From Gemmatimonadota bacterium (lineage in GTDB: Bacteria; Gemmatimonadota; Gemmatimonadetes; Gemmatimonadales; GWC2-71-9): a stretch of 64,000 nt of DNA. The DNA is taken from assembly GCA_016794825.1 (NCBI GenBank), contig JAEUJH010000300.1:4095-68094 (forward strand). The letters run 5' to 3'. The position numbers were made by a program, and so were the translations under genes. This document shows positions 7,101-17,200 of this stretch, one piece after another; the stretch's first letter is position 1, and every line of letters starts with the position of its first letter. The notes beneath the pieces were generated by a model. It did no database searches. It saw only the letters and a list, made by a program, of their open reading frames with translations, and was not told the origin of the DNA.

Positions 7101-10100
7101 CACCACCGCCACGACGGCGGCATGGGAAGAGGCCCTGCGATCGCGGGTGGGGGCCGGGGTTGCCCTCGTGGTGGACGAGCGCCAGGAGCCGGCCCTTCCG
7201 CTCCACCTTGCCGACCTGCTTCCCGATCGCGTCGAGCAGCCGCTGGGGTCGACTGGTCCGGCGCAGCCGGCGGTCGTCCCCGAGACCGCCAACTCGAGCA
7301 ACCGTCCCCTTGCCCTGGCGGTCGGGGATCCGCTCCCACCAGCGCCGGCGGCCAACCTGCCCGAGGCGCTGCAGGCCGCGGCCCGTCTCGACGCGACCAT
7401 CACCTACATCGCGGCGGACGGTACCAAGACCCAGCAGTCGTATCGTGACCTGCTGGCCAACGCTCGGCGACTGGCGAGCGGCCTACGCCGCCACGGCGTC
7501 GCGGTCGGTGACTTCGTGCTCCTTCAGGCCGGGGCGCCCGGCGAGTTCATCCCGGCGTTCTGGGGCTGCCAGATGGCGGGGGTCGTCCCGATCCCCGTGG
7601 CGCCGGCCTCACCCTACGGCAGCGGTGCGGCGGCGACCGAAGCAATGGTTCGGTCATGGGAAGTCATGGACCGACCGCCGATCCTCAGCGCGGCCTCGGT
7701 CCGAGCCCGGGTCGTCGAAGCGTTCGCCGCGCGGGGCGACCGTCCGCGAATCCTCGAACTCGAGGCACTCGACGGACCGGAGGACGGAGGCCCATCGGCC
7801 GGGCCCGATCCCGAGGCGATCGCGGCCTGCATGATGACGTCGGGCAGCACGGGAATGCCGAAGGGCGTGCTCCTGTCCCATCGGGCCCTGATCAGCCAAG
7901 CCCAGGGATCGATCCTGAGCAACGGCTTGACCCCGGCGGACGCCGTCCTCAACTGGGCTCCCCTCGATCATGTCGGTGGTCTGTCGGCCTGCCACCTGGT
8001 GCCCATGCTGATCGGGGCCCATCAAACCCAGTGCGATGGCGCGCGAATCCTCGAGGATCCGTTGCGGTGGCTCGACCTGATGTCGACCACCGGGTGTACC
8101 GCGACCTTCGCACCGAACTTCGCCTTCGCACTGATCAACGAGCGGCTCGGCTCGGCGCCCGGCCGGACCTGGGATCTCCGCCACGTCAAGGCGTTCTGGA
8201 ACGCCGGCGAGGCGGTAGTGGCCCGGACGGCGCGCCGCTTCCTCCGCCTGCTCGCGCCCCATGGGTTGTCGCCGCGGGCCATGCGGCCCGCCTGGGGCAT
8301 GTCGGAAACCTGCTCGGGGCTGACCTACTCGTCCGCCTTCGACTTCGACACGACGGGGGACGACGATCTGTTCGTCGACGTCGGCGCCCCGAACCCGGGA
8401 ACGGCGTTGCGGATCGTGGCCGCCGACGGGTCGCCGGCTCGGGAAGGCGACGAGGGTGCCCTCGAAGTATCCGGCATGAGCCTCATGGCCGGGTACTTCC
8501 GGAATCCGACGGCGACCGCGGCGGCATTCACGGCGGACGGTTGGTTCCGAACCGGCGACCTGGGTCGAGTCGTCGGTGGACGACTGACCGTGACCGGGCG
8601 GCTGAAGGACGTCTTGATCGTCAACGGGGTGAACCTCCATTGTCACGAAGTGGAGTCGGTGGTCGACGAAGTCGATGGCGTGGTGCCGTCGTACACGGCC
8701 GCATGCGCCGTCCGCGGCAGCCGCGACGCCACCGACCGGGTCGTGATCTTCCTCCACACCAACCGGAGCGACGTCCGAGGACAACGCCAGGTGGTCGCGT
8801 CGGTTCGAGCCGAAGTCGCTCGCCGCTTCGGCGTCCCGCCCGACTACGTGCTTCTCGTCGATCCGGACCGAATCCCCCGGACCAATCTTGGCAAGATCAA
8901 GCGGCCCCAGTTGAGCCAGGCGTTCAGCGAGGGCGCGTTCGCGGTCGAACAGCGTTGGACCGATCGGCTCGAGGGGAATCACCGAACCATCCCCGACTGG
9001 TTCGTGCGGCCCGTCTGGCGGGCCCGGGCGCTCGATGGCCCCTTCGACCCCGATGGCTCCGCGACGGTGGTCGTCTTCGTCGACTCACTGGGCGTCGGCG
9101 ATCGGATCGGGACCGAGTTGGCGCGCGCGGCGCGGAAGTGGATCGCCGTGGTACCCGGATCGGGGTTTGCCGCCCTCGGTCCCGGCCGCTACGCCATCGA
9201 CCCCGAGGCGCCGGACGACGCCAGGCGACTCGCGGCCGAGCTGGCTCGTCAGGGCCAGACGATCGGACCCACCCTTCACGCGTGGGGCATCGAGCCGCCC
9301 GGACCGCCCCCGAGCGACGACGCGGCATCCCGGCGGGCGGTCGCGCGGACGACGGGAAGCGTCCTGCACTGGATCCAGGCCCTCGCGGAGGCCGACGCCC
9401 GAGCGGCCACGGCGCGAGTGATCGTGGCCGCGACCGGGGTGCAGCGGCTCGAGCCAGGCGAGCCGGTCGTCGCCGAACGGGCGGCGGCCCTGGGCCTCGT
9501 GAAGTCGGCCCCACGCGAGCTTCCCTGGCTCGAGTGCCGCCATCTCGACATCGACGATGTCATGGCCGCCGCCCCTCTCATGATTCGGGAACTGGATTCG
9601 GCCGCCGCCGACCAGGAGGTGGCCTATCGGCGCGGCACCCGCCTGGTGGCTCGGCTCGCGCCCGTGGAGTGGCCGGCGCCAACGGTGACGACCCCCGCGT
9701 TCCGGACGGCCGGTCTCTACCTGATCGCCGGTGGGCTGGGCGGGATCGGTTCGGAGGTGGCGGCTCGACTGCTGCGCGAGTTCGACGCGCGGTTGCTGCT
9801 GGTCGGGAGGACGCCGCTCGATCGGCTCGACGCCGAACGAGCCGCCGCGTGGACCGAACTGCGCTCGATCGGGGACGGTCGGGTCCGCTACGTCGCCGCT
9901 GACCTCGCCGACGGCCCCGTGATTCGGGCGGCGGTTCAAGAGGCCGCGGCCGGATTCGGCCGACCGTTGGCCGGGGCGATCCACATGGCAGGCGGATATG
10001 ACGACCGGCCGGTGATGGCGGAGACGATCGCGGGTCTGATCGAGCCGATCGCGCCCCGCCTCCTGGGAGGTCGGGTCCTGGCGAGCCTGCTCGACCGAGA

Positions 10101-13100
10101 GGATCAAGTGTTGATCACGGTCTCCTCGGCCGCTGGATGGTTCGGCGGCGCCGCGATGACCGCCTATACCGCGGCCAGCCGGGTGGCGGAGGCCCTCGCG
10201 CTCGAACTCGGGCCGACCCTGCCTGGCCGGGTTCATCATCTCGCCTGGAGCGCCTGGCGGGATACCGGAGTCAGTCGGAAGGTCCAGGACCCCGAACCGC
10301 ATCAAGCTCGGCGTTACCTGTCGATGACCCGGGCGCAAGGATGGCACTCGCTGCTGGCCGGGCTCGGGATCACCCCGGGTCTCCTCATCGTCGGGCTCAA
10401 CCGGAGTCACCGCCAGATCCGCCGTTTCCTGGTCGAGGAGCGGAGCGATCTCCAGACGGTTCGACTCTACCTCGAGGCAAGCTGCCCGCAGGGGCCGCAG
10501 GTACTGCATGACGCGTTCGGCTCGGCTTGCCATCCGGAGATTCGCTCGCTGCCGGCCTTGCCGCGGACCGATGCCGGCGCCATCGATCGCCGGGCGCTGG
10601 CCGACGCCGGCAGGGCGGGCGGCTCTCGGGACTTCGTGCCGCCCCGCACGGCAGTCGAGCGGGAATTGGCGGCGATCTGGACCGAGTTGCTTGGCCTCGA
10701 CCAGGTCGGTCGGACGGACCCCTTTCTCGAAATGGGGGGACATTCGCTGGTGGCGGCCCAGCTGGTGTCGCGGATCCGGGAGGCCTTCGGCGTCGCGATG
10801 CCCCTGGCCACGGTCTTCGCCGAGCCGACGATCGAAGCGCAAGCGCAACTCATCGAGCAAGCCCGGAGCGATACCAAGCCCGCGGCCGCCCCACCCGCGG
10901 CCCGTCGCGACCCCGCGCCGGATCAGCGGTCCCCGAACCACCCGAGCAACCCCGGGGCCCTTGGCGCGCCTGGTGGAGGACGCTCATCCATGACCCCGGT
11001 CGACCCCAAGCGGGAACTCCTGCTCCGCCTCCTCCGCCAGCGGGGCCTCGAACCGTCCCAGCTCCCCATCGTCCGTCGGGCCCGCCCGGGGGAACTGGTC
11101 CCGCTGTCGTTCTCGCAGGAGCGGCTCTGGTTCCTCCATCAGATGGACCCGGCCGCCGCTTCGTACCATCTGACGTTCGACGTGGCGTTCGACCAGGCGA
11201 TGGAACCGGCGGTGATGCGGGAGAGCCTGCGTCAGCTCCTGGAACGGCATGAGATTCTCCGGACGACGTATCATGACGTCGACGGCCGCCCGATGCAGCG
11301 GGTCGAAACGGCGTGGGAGGCCAGCGTCGAGGCGTTCGACCTGACCGGCGCCGCCGGCCCGGTCAGGGACACCGAGCTGCGGGCGATCGCCACCCGCATC
11401 GGGCAGACCCCGTTCGACCTGGTCCGAGGCCCGGTCATCCGGGCCGCCCTCGTGCGGACCGGACCGGCGAGTTCTCATCTCTACTTGGCGGTCCACCATA
11501 TCGCGGTCGATGGCCTGTCGCTTGGGATCCTCTTCCGAGAGTTGACCGATACGTCCGCCGCGATTGCGGCCGGCACCGCGCCCCAACTGCCGGCTTTGCC
11601 GATCCAGTACGCGGACTACTCGCTTTGGCAGCGGGAGACCCTCAGTGGCTCGCTCCTGGAGCGCCACCTCGACTACTGGCGGGGTCGCCTGGCCGGCGCG
11701 ACCGGGCTCGAGTTGTATCCCGACCGACCCCGACCGAGCCGACCGAGTTACCGGGGCGGGAACATCGTCCGGGACCTTCCCGCTGCCCTGGTTGCGGACC
11801 TCCAGGCCCTCGCGCGGCGAGAGGGGGCCACCTTCTTCATGGTGCTGCTGGCGGCGTTCAAGACCCTGCTCCACCGCTACACCGGGTCGACCGACATCGT
11901 GGTGGGGTCGCCGGTTGCCAACCGGGACCGACCCGAGATCGAGCCGTTGATCGGCTTCTTCGTCAACACGCTGGTGCTCCGGACGGATGCGAGTGGCGAA
12001 CCGACGTTCCGCGAGTTCCTGCGACGGGTGCGGGAAACCAGCCTGGGGGCGTTCGACCATCAGGCGCTGCCCTTCGAGAAGCTGGTGCAGGAGGTGGTGT
12101 CGGAGCGCGACCTGAGTCGCAATCCGCTCTTCCAGATCATGTTCGGCCTTCACAAGACCGGGCGGGAAGATCTTCGCTTCGGAGACGACGGGGAGGTGGC
12201 CGGGGGGATGGACGACCAAGCCACCCGCTTCGACCTCGAAGTCGTCGTCTCGGCGACGGATGAGGCGACGGTGCTCTCGTTCGTCTATGCGTCCGACCTG
12301 TTCGATGCCGCCACGATCGAGGCCCTCGCCGAGCACTTCGTCACCGTGGCTGCCGCTGCCGCCCGAGATCCCGACCAGCCGATCGGACGGCTCCCCGTCA
12401 TGACCGAGGCGGAACGGCACCGCGTCACGGTCGAATGGAACGACACCGCCAAGGACTATCCGTCGGCGTGCCTCCATCAGCTGGTGGAGGCCCAGGTCGC
12501 CCGTTCGCCCGACGCGATCGCCGTCGAGGCCGGCACGGCCTCCCTCACGTATCGCGAACTCGATCAGCGCGCCACCGCGCTGGCGCGCTGGCTGGCGCAG
12601 CAGGGCGTCGGCCCGGATCGACTGGTGGCCGTCTCGCTCGACCGGTCGCTCGAGATGGTCGTGGCGCTGCTCGGGGTGCTCAAGGCGGGCGGGGCCTACG
12701 TGCCGGTCGACCCGTCCTATCCCGAAGCCCGAGTGCGCCACATGCTGGTCGATTCCGCCGCGTCGATCGTCCTGACGCAGGCCGATATCGCCCGCTTCCA
12801 CGCCGACCTCGGCGCGACCGTGCTCTGCCTCGATACCGAGTGGGGCCGGGTGGTGGCCACGCCCGACACGGTTCCCTTCCAGCCGCCCGGGCCGTCGAAC
12901 CTCGCCTACGTCATCTATACCTCGGGTTCGACCGGCCAGCCGAAAGGGGCGATGAACGAGCACCGGGGCATCGTGAATCGACTCCGGTGGATGCAGGACA
13001 CCTTCGGCCTCGGGCCCGACGACGCGGTCCTCCAGAAGACGCCGTTCAGCTTCGACGTTTCGGTCTGGGAATTCTTCTGGCCGCTGATGACGGGCGCCCG

Positions 13101-14289
13101 GCTGGTGATGGCCCGCCCCGACGGCCATCGGGACCCCGGCTACCTGGCCGGGGTGATCGGCGACCGCCGGATCACGACGCTGCACTTCGTTCCGTCGATG
13201 CTCCGGGCGTTCCTGGCGAGCGGTCACGGCCCCGGCCTGACCGGCGTGCGGCGGGTCATTTGCAGCGGCGAGGCGCTCCCGCCGGATCTGGCCCGGCGCC
13301 ACGCGGAGCGCTGGGGCGTGCCGCTCCACAATCTCTACGGCCCGACCGAGGCCGCCGTCGACGTGACGTGGTGGCCGGTCGCCTCGGCCGAAGCGGGCAG
13401 CGCGATTCCGATCGGCCGGCCGATCGCCAACACGACGGTCTCCGTGCTCGATGCTCGGCAGTTGCCCGTTCCTCCCGGGGTGCCAGGCGAGCTGTACCTC
13501 GGCGGCGTTCAGGTTGGTCGCGGCTACTGGCGGCGACCCGAGTTGACCGCCGAGCGCTTCGTTCCCGATCCGCTCGATCTGTCGGGAACGGCCCGTCTCT
13601 ACCGCACGGGCGACCTGGTTCGGTGGCGACGGGACGGCGCCCTCGACTTCCTCGGCCGGATCGATCATCAGGTCAAGCTCCGCGGGTTCCGGATCGAGCT
13701 GGGCGAGATCGAGACCGCGCTGGCCGTGGCGCCCGGGGTCGGATCGGCGGTGGTGACGCTGCGGGAGGATACGCCCGGCGACGCCCGCCTCGTGGCATAC
13801 GTCGTCCCCGGGCCCGGAACCGCCCCGACCCTGGAGGGGATCCGACGGGCGCTCGCGAGCACGCTACCCGACTACATGATCCCGTCGGCGCTGGTCACGC
13901 TCGAGCGAATTCCGGTGAGCCCGAGCGGCAAGGCGGACCTGAAGGCGCTCCCGGCGCCCGAGGTCGACCTCGCCGCGCTCCGCGGCACGTACCTCGCACC
14001 CCGGGATTCGACCGAGGCGACCCTGGCGACGATCTGGGAGCAAGTCCTCGGCGTTCCCCGGGTGGGCGTGCGGGACAACTTCTTCACGTTGGGTGGCCAT
14101 TCACTGCTCGCGACCCTGCTGGTGTCGCGGGTGCGGGACCAGCTCGGGATCGAGATCCCGCTCCGCACGGTGTTCGAGGAACCGACGGTGGAGGGCATGG
14201 CCCTGGCGGCCCTGCAGTTGAAAGCGGCGGGGACCGACGCGGGCGAGGTCGACCGGCTGCTTCGAGAACTGGAGCAATCCGCGTCATGA
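6841..14289 (+). CDS. Hybrid loading/NRPS megasynthase: Asub-like fragment - FAAL - KR-like - ACP - C - A(Ser-like) - PCP
   Basis: FAAL-type ligase motifs: MMTSGSTGMPKGVLLSHRAL, NWAPLDHVGGL, WGMSET, GWFRTGDLG, GRLKDVLIVNGVNLHCHEVE, NLGKIKR. PKS-type KR Rossmann GLYLIAGGLGGIGS. ACP motif FLEMGGHSLV (Ser at 10744-10746). C domain LSFSQERLWF and HHIAVDG. A domain YTSGSTGQPKG, NLYGPTE, YRTGDLVRW, SGKAD. PCP motif FFTLGGHSLL (Ser at 14101-14103). Hand code DVWHISLVDK (Ser-like). Confidence 0.95.
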   Translation: MEARVVPRRLLHASVDECVVVERTAADGSRVFLAYLVSAAPLNLDAIGSALRSVVGANDVRPVPVASIPLRSDGTVDLEALARIPVITTATTAAWEEALRSRVGAGVALVVDERQEPALPLHLADLLPDRVEQPLGSTGPAQPAVVPETANSSNRPLALAVGDPLPPAPAANLPEALQAAARLDATITYIAADGTKTQQSYRDLLANARRLASGLRRHGVAVGDFVLLQAGAPGEFIPAFWGCQMAGVVPIPVAPASPYGSGAAATEAMVRSWEVMDRPPILSAASVRARVVEAFAARGDRPRILELEALDGPEDGGPSAGPDPEAIAACMMTSGSTGMPKGVLLSHRALISQAQGSILSNGLTPADAVLNWAPLDHVGGLSACHLVPMLIGAHQTQCDGARILEDPLRWLDLMSTTGCTATFAPNFAFALINERLGSAPGRTWDLRHVKAFWNAGEAVVARTARRFLRLLAPHGLSPRAMRPAWGMSETCSGLTYSSAFDFDTTGDDDLFVDVGAPNPGTALRIVAADGSPAREGDEGALEVSGMSLMAGYFRNPTATAAAFTADGWFRTGDLGRVVGGRLTVTGRLKDVLIVNGVNLHCHEVESVVDEVDGVVPSYTAACAVRGSRDATDRVVIFLHTNRSDVRGQRQVVASVRAEVARRFGVPPDYVLLVDPDRIPRTNLGKIKRPQLSQAFSEGAFAVEQRWTDRLEGNHRTIPDWFVRPVWRARALDGPFDPDGSATVVVFVDSLGVGDRIGTELARAARKWIAVVPGSGFAALGPGRYAIDPEAPDDARRLAAELARQGQTIGPTLHAWGIEPPGPPPSDDAASRRAVARTTGSVLHWIQALAEADARAATARVIVAATGVQRLEPGEPVVAERAAALGLVKSAPRELPWLECRHLDIDDVMAAAPLMIRELDSAAADQEVAYRRGTRLVARLAPVEWPAPTVTTPAFRTAGLYLIAGGLGGIGSEVAARLLREFDARLLLVGRTPLDRLDAERAAAWTELRSIGDGRVRYVAADLADGPVIRAAVQEAAAGFGRPLAGAIHMAGGYDDRPVMAETIAGLIEPIAPRLLGGRVLASLLDREDQVLITVSSAAGWFGGAAMTAYTAASRVAEALALELGPTLPGRVHHLAWSAWRDTGVSRKVQDPEPHQARRYLSMTRAQGWHSLLAGLGITPGLLIVGLNRSHRQIRRFLVEERSDLQTVRLYLEASCPQGPQVLHDAFGSACHPEIRSLPALPRTDAGAIDRRALADAGRAGGSRDFVPPRTAVERELAAIWTELLGLDQVGRTDPFLEMGGHSLVAAQLVSRIREAFGVAMPLATVFAEPTIEAQAQLIEQARSDTKPAAAPPAARRDPAPDQRSPNHPSNPGALGAPGGGRSSMTPVDPKRELLLRLLRQRGLEPSQLPIVRRARPGELVPLSFSQERLWFLHQMDPAAASYHLTFDVAFDQAMEPAVMRESLRQLLERHEILRTTYHDVDGRPMQRVETAWEASVEAFDLTGAAGPVRDTELRAIATRIGQTPFDLVRGPVIRAALVRTGPASSHLYLAVHHIAVDGLSLGILFRELTDTSAAIAAGTAPQLPALPIQYADYSLWQRETLSGSLLERHLDYWRGRLAGATGLELYPDRPRPSRPSYRGGNIVRDLPAALVADLQALARREGATFFMVLLAAFKTLLHRYTGSTDIVVGSPVANRDRPEIEPLIGFFVNTLVLRTDASGEPTFREFLRRVRETSLGAFDHQALPFEKLVQEVVSERDLSRNPLFQIMFGLHKTGREDLRFGDDGEVAGGMDDQATRFDLEVVVSATDEATVLSFVYASDLFDAATIEALAEHFVTVAAAAARDPDQPIGRLPVMTEAERHRVTVEWNDTAKDYPSACLHQLVEAQVARSPDAIAVEAGTASLTYRELDQRATALARWLAQQGVGPDRLVAVSLDRSLEMVVALLGVLKAGGAYVPVDPSYPEARVRHMLVDSAASIVLTQADIARFHADLGATVLCLDTEWGRVVATPDTVPFQPPGPSNLAYVIYTSGSTGQPKGAMNEHRGIVNRLRWMQDTFGLGPDDAVLQKTPFSFDVSVWEFFWPLMTGARLVMARPDGHRDPGYLAGVIGDRRITTLHFVPSMLRAFLASGHGPGLTGVRRVICSGEALPPDLARRHAERWGVPLHNLYGPTEAAVDVTWWPVASAEAGSAIPIGRPIANTTVSVLDARQLPVPPGVPGELYLGGVQVGRGYWRRPELTAERFVPDPLDLSGTARLYRTGDLVRWRRDGALDFLGRIDHQVKLRGFRIELGEIETALAVAPGVGSAVVTLREDTPGDARLVAYVVPGPGTAPTLEGIRRALASTLPDYMIPSALVTLERIPVSPSGKADLKALPAPEVDLAALRGTYLAPRDSTEATLATIWEQVLGVPRVGVRDNFFTLGGHSLLATLLVSRVRDQLGIEIPLRTVFEEPTVEGMALAALQLKAAGTDAGEVDRLLRELEQSAS
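7390..8930 (+). other. Fatty acyl-AMP ligase (FAAL)-like adenylation domain
   Basis: The motifs listed for the parent CDS resemble FAAL/acyl-CoA-ligase cores more than amino-acid A domains. The substrate cannot be read from the sequence. Confidence 0.75.
8990..10400 (+). other. PKS-type ketoreductase-like domain (structural plus catalytic halves) with altered catalytic residues
   Basis: The DWFVRPVW start and overall layout match the KR regions of the two PKS modules. The expected catalytic Lys (APKxxG) reads APRLLGG (Arg codon 10057-10059). YAAAN reads YTAAS (Tyr codon 10165-10167 retained, Asn replaced by Ser). Confidence 0.7.
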
Positions 14290-17200
14290 CCGACCCGCGC
14301 GATCTCGCGGCCCGAATTGCCGCTCTCTCGCCGGCCCAACGCGAGGCCCTGCTGGCTCGGCTCGCCCCGACGGCCCGGGCCGGCGCCGCGCCGATCCCGA
14401 AGCGGACCGCCGCGGATCGGGTTCCACTGTCGTACGCGCAGCAGCGCCTCTGGTTCCTGCATCAGCTGGAACCGGAGAGTCCCGCCTACAACATGTCGAC
14501 GACCCTGCCGCTCCGCGGCACCCTGGATCCGTCGGCTCTCGAACGGGCGTTGACGACGATCGTCGCTCGCCACGAGGCCCTGCGGACCCGGTTCGTGGCG
14601 GTGGGCGGCGAGCCGAGACAGGTGGTCGAGGCGCCCGCGCCCTTGCCCCTGCCGATCGTCGACCTGTCGTCGATCCCGCCGGAGGCGCGCGCGACCGAGG
14701 CCGCCCGGCTGGTGGCGGCGGAAGGCGTCAAGCCCTTCGACCTCGCGACCGGCCCGGTGGTTCGCGCGCTGCTGGTGCGGCTGACGGCCAGCGAGCATGT
14801 CCTGACCATCACGATGCACCACATCGTGTCGGATGGCTGGTCGCGAGGCGTGCTGAACGCGGAGTTGACCACGCTCTATGCCGCGTTCGTCGATGGCCGC
14901 CCCTCGCCCCTTCCACCGCTGGACATCCAGTACGCCGACTTCAGCGAGTGGCAACGCCGGACCCTGCAGGGCGACGAGCTGGAACGGCAACTCGGCTACT
15001 GGCGGCAGCAGCTCGACGATGTGCCCCTGCTGGACCTGGCCACGGATCGACGCCGACCCCCAACCCCGACCTACGCCGGAGCCGCGGTGGTGGCTCGGCT
15101 CGAGCGGCCGGTCGTCGACCGATTGAAGCGCTTCGGCGAGGCCGAGAAGACGACGACCGCGATCATTCTGCTGGCCGCGTTCAAGGCGCTGATGCAGCGG
15201 TACACCGGCCAGACGGACATCGTCGTCGGGAGTCCGATCGCCAACCGCAACCGGCGGGAGCTGGAAGGGTTGATCGGCTTCTTCGTCAACTCGCTGGTGA
15301 TGCGGACCGATCTTGGTGGTGACCCCTCGTTCGCGACCGTGGTGGAACGGGTCCGGCAAACGGCCCTGGCCGCGTACGAGCATCAGGACCTCCCGTTCGA
15401 GCAGCTGGTTCAGACGCTCCAGCCGCGCCGGGATCCGAGCCGCCACCCACTGTTCCAGGTCATGTTCGCGGTCCAGAACGCGCCCGCGGCCGAGGCCGCG
15501 CTCCGGGGGCTCACGATCGAGGCCGGGGAACTCGATTCGTCGGTGACTCGATTCGATCTGGAGTGCCATGTCCTCGAGCAGGCCGGGGAACTCAGGATCG
15601 CGCTCTGTTACAGCACCGACCTGTTCCTGGCGACCACCGCGCGCCGCCTGCTGGATCACTACGTCGTGCTGATCGAGGACGCCCTCACTCACCCGGACCG
15701 GCCACTGTCGCAGCTGGCGCTGTTGACACCGGATGACGAGGCCCGAGAGGCGGCGACGGACGCCGCCGCCGCGCCCTATCCCGCCGACCGATCGATCCGC
15801 GATCTCTTCGAGGCTCGAGTGGCGGAACGGCCCGAGGCACCGGCGCTGATCGAGGGCAGCAGAATACTCTCCTACCGCGAACTCGACGTCCGGGCCGGGG
15901 CTCTCGCCCGCCGGCTTCGGAATCTTGGGGTGACGGTCGATACGCCGGTGGGGATCTGTCTGCCGCGGGGCGCGGACCTGATCGTGGCCGTTGTGGCCGC
16001 GATCAAGGCGGGCGGGAGTTACGTGGCCATCGATCCGGACTATCCCACCAGCCGGATGCGCTACCTGCTCGAGGATACCGGCACCCCGGTCGTGGTCACC
16101 GTTCGGACGTTCGCGGATCGACTTCCGCCCTGGCCCGGCACGGCGTTGTGCCTCGACGAACCGCTGCCCGAGGCGCCCCCGCCGGAACGGGCCGCCGACC
16201 CAGGTCCGCTCTCCCTGGCCCTGATCATTTACACGTCGGGCTCCACCGGCCGGCCGAAGGGCGTGTGTTTGACCCAGCGCGGCGTGGTGCGGCTGGTCGT
16301 CGGAACGAACTACATCACCTTCACTCCGGCCGACCGCGTCGCCCAGGCCGCCAGCCTGACGTTCGACGCGTCGACCTTGGAGATCTGGGGCGCGCTGCTG
16401 AATGGGGCCACGCTGGTGATCATCCCGAAGGACATCGCCCTGGCGCCGGCGGCGCTGACCGCTACGCTGGCGCGACACGAAGTCAGCGTGTTGTTCTTGA
16501 CGACCGCCCTGTTCAACCAGATGGCGGAATCCGCCATCGGAATGTTCGGGCGACTCCGGTGGGTGATGTTTGGTGGCGAGGCAGCCGACCCCGAGGCCGT
16601 CCGGCGGGTCCTTCGGGAGGGGCGACCCGGTCGCCTCGTCCACCTGTACGGTCCGGCCGAAAGCACGACACTCGCCACCTGGTATCCGGTCGACGACGTC
16701 CCGGAGCGGGCCGTGACCGTGCCAATCGGTAGACCGGTGACCAACACCTCGGTGTTCGTGCTCGACGCGGCGCTCCGCCCGGTGCCGACCGGGGTTCCCG
16801 GCGAACTCCATGTCGGCGGCGACGGCCTGGCCCGCGGCTACCTCAACCACGCGGAACTCACCGCGGAGCGATTCGTCGAGGACCCGGTCCGGGGTCGGCT
16901 CTATCGGACCGGCGACATCGTGCGCCGGCGGGACGATGGGGCGCTCGAGTTCGTCGGTCGGCGCGACTTCCAGGTCAAGATCCGCGGCTATCGGATCGAG
17001 CTGGGCGAGATCGAGACGACGATGACGACCCACCCGGGGGTGGCGGAGAGTGTCGTCATCGCCCGCGACCAGGCCAACGGCGAGCGCCAACTCGTGGCAT
17101 ACCTGGTCCCTCGCGACGAGGACGGGGCCGACGACACCGGCACCCGCGCGGATTGGGAAAACGAGCGAGTCGACACCTGGCGGGCCCTGTACGACGAGAC

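Noticed and set aside
7656-9902. Long alternate-frame and antisense ORFs throughout the NRPS/PKS genes (for example 7656-9902 +, 10984-13668 -, 13872-17090 -, 18665-20623 -, 26100-28508 -, 31226-34147 -, 36310-38400 -)
   Set aside because: Their translations are low-complexity Arg/Pro/Gly/Ala strings with no motifs. They lie entirely inside frames that carry unambiguous NRPS/PKS core motifs, which is the expected artefact of stop-codon-poor, 70% GC DNA.
12435-14285. ORF-track N-terminal extensions of the module genes (12435-14285 for the gene starting at 14286; 17153-18805 for the gene starting at 18806)
   Set aside because: The extensions are out-of-frame read-through of the preceding gene and give Arg/Pro-rich nonsense. 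Recognisable protein sequence begins exactly at the ATGA-overlap ATGs.
6841-14289. ClbP/XcnG-style N-acyl-D-Asn prodrug mechanism involving the adjacent S12 hydrolase
   Set aside because: The first amino-acid module reads Ser-like, not Asn. No epimerisation domain is present. The hydrolase is a lipoprotein without the three C-terminal TM helices of ClbP. Only a generic maturation or resistance role is kept as a hypothesis.
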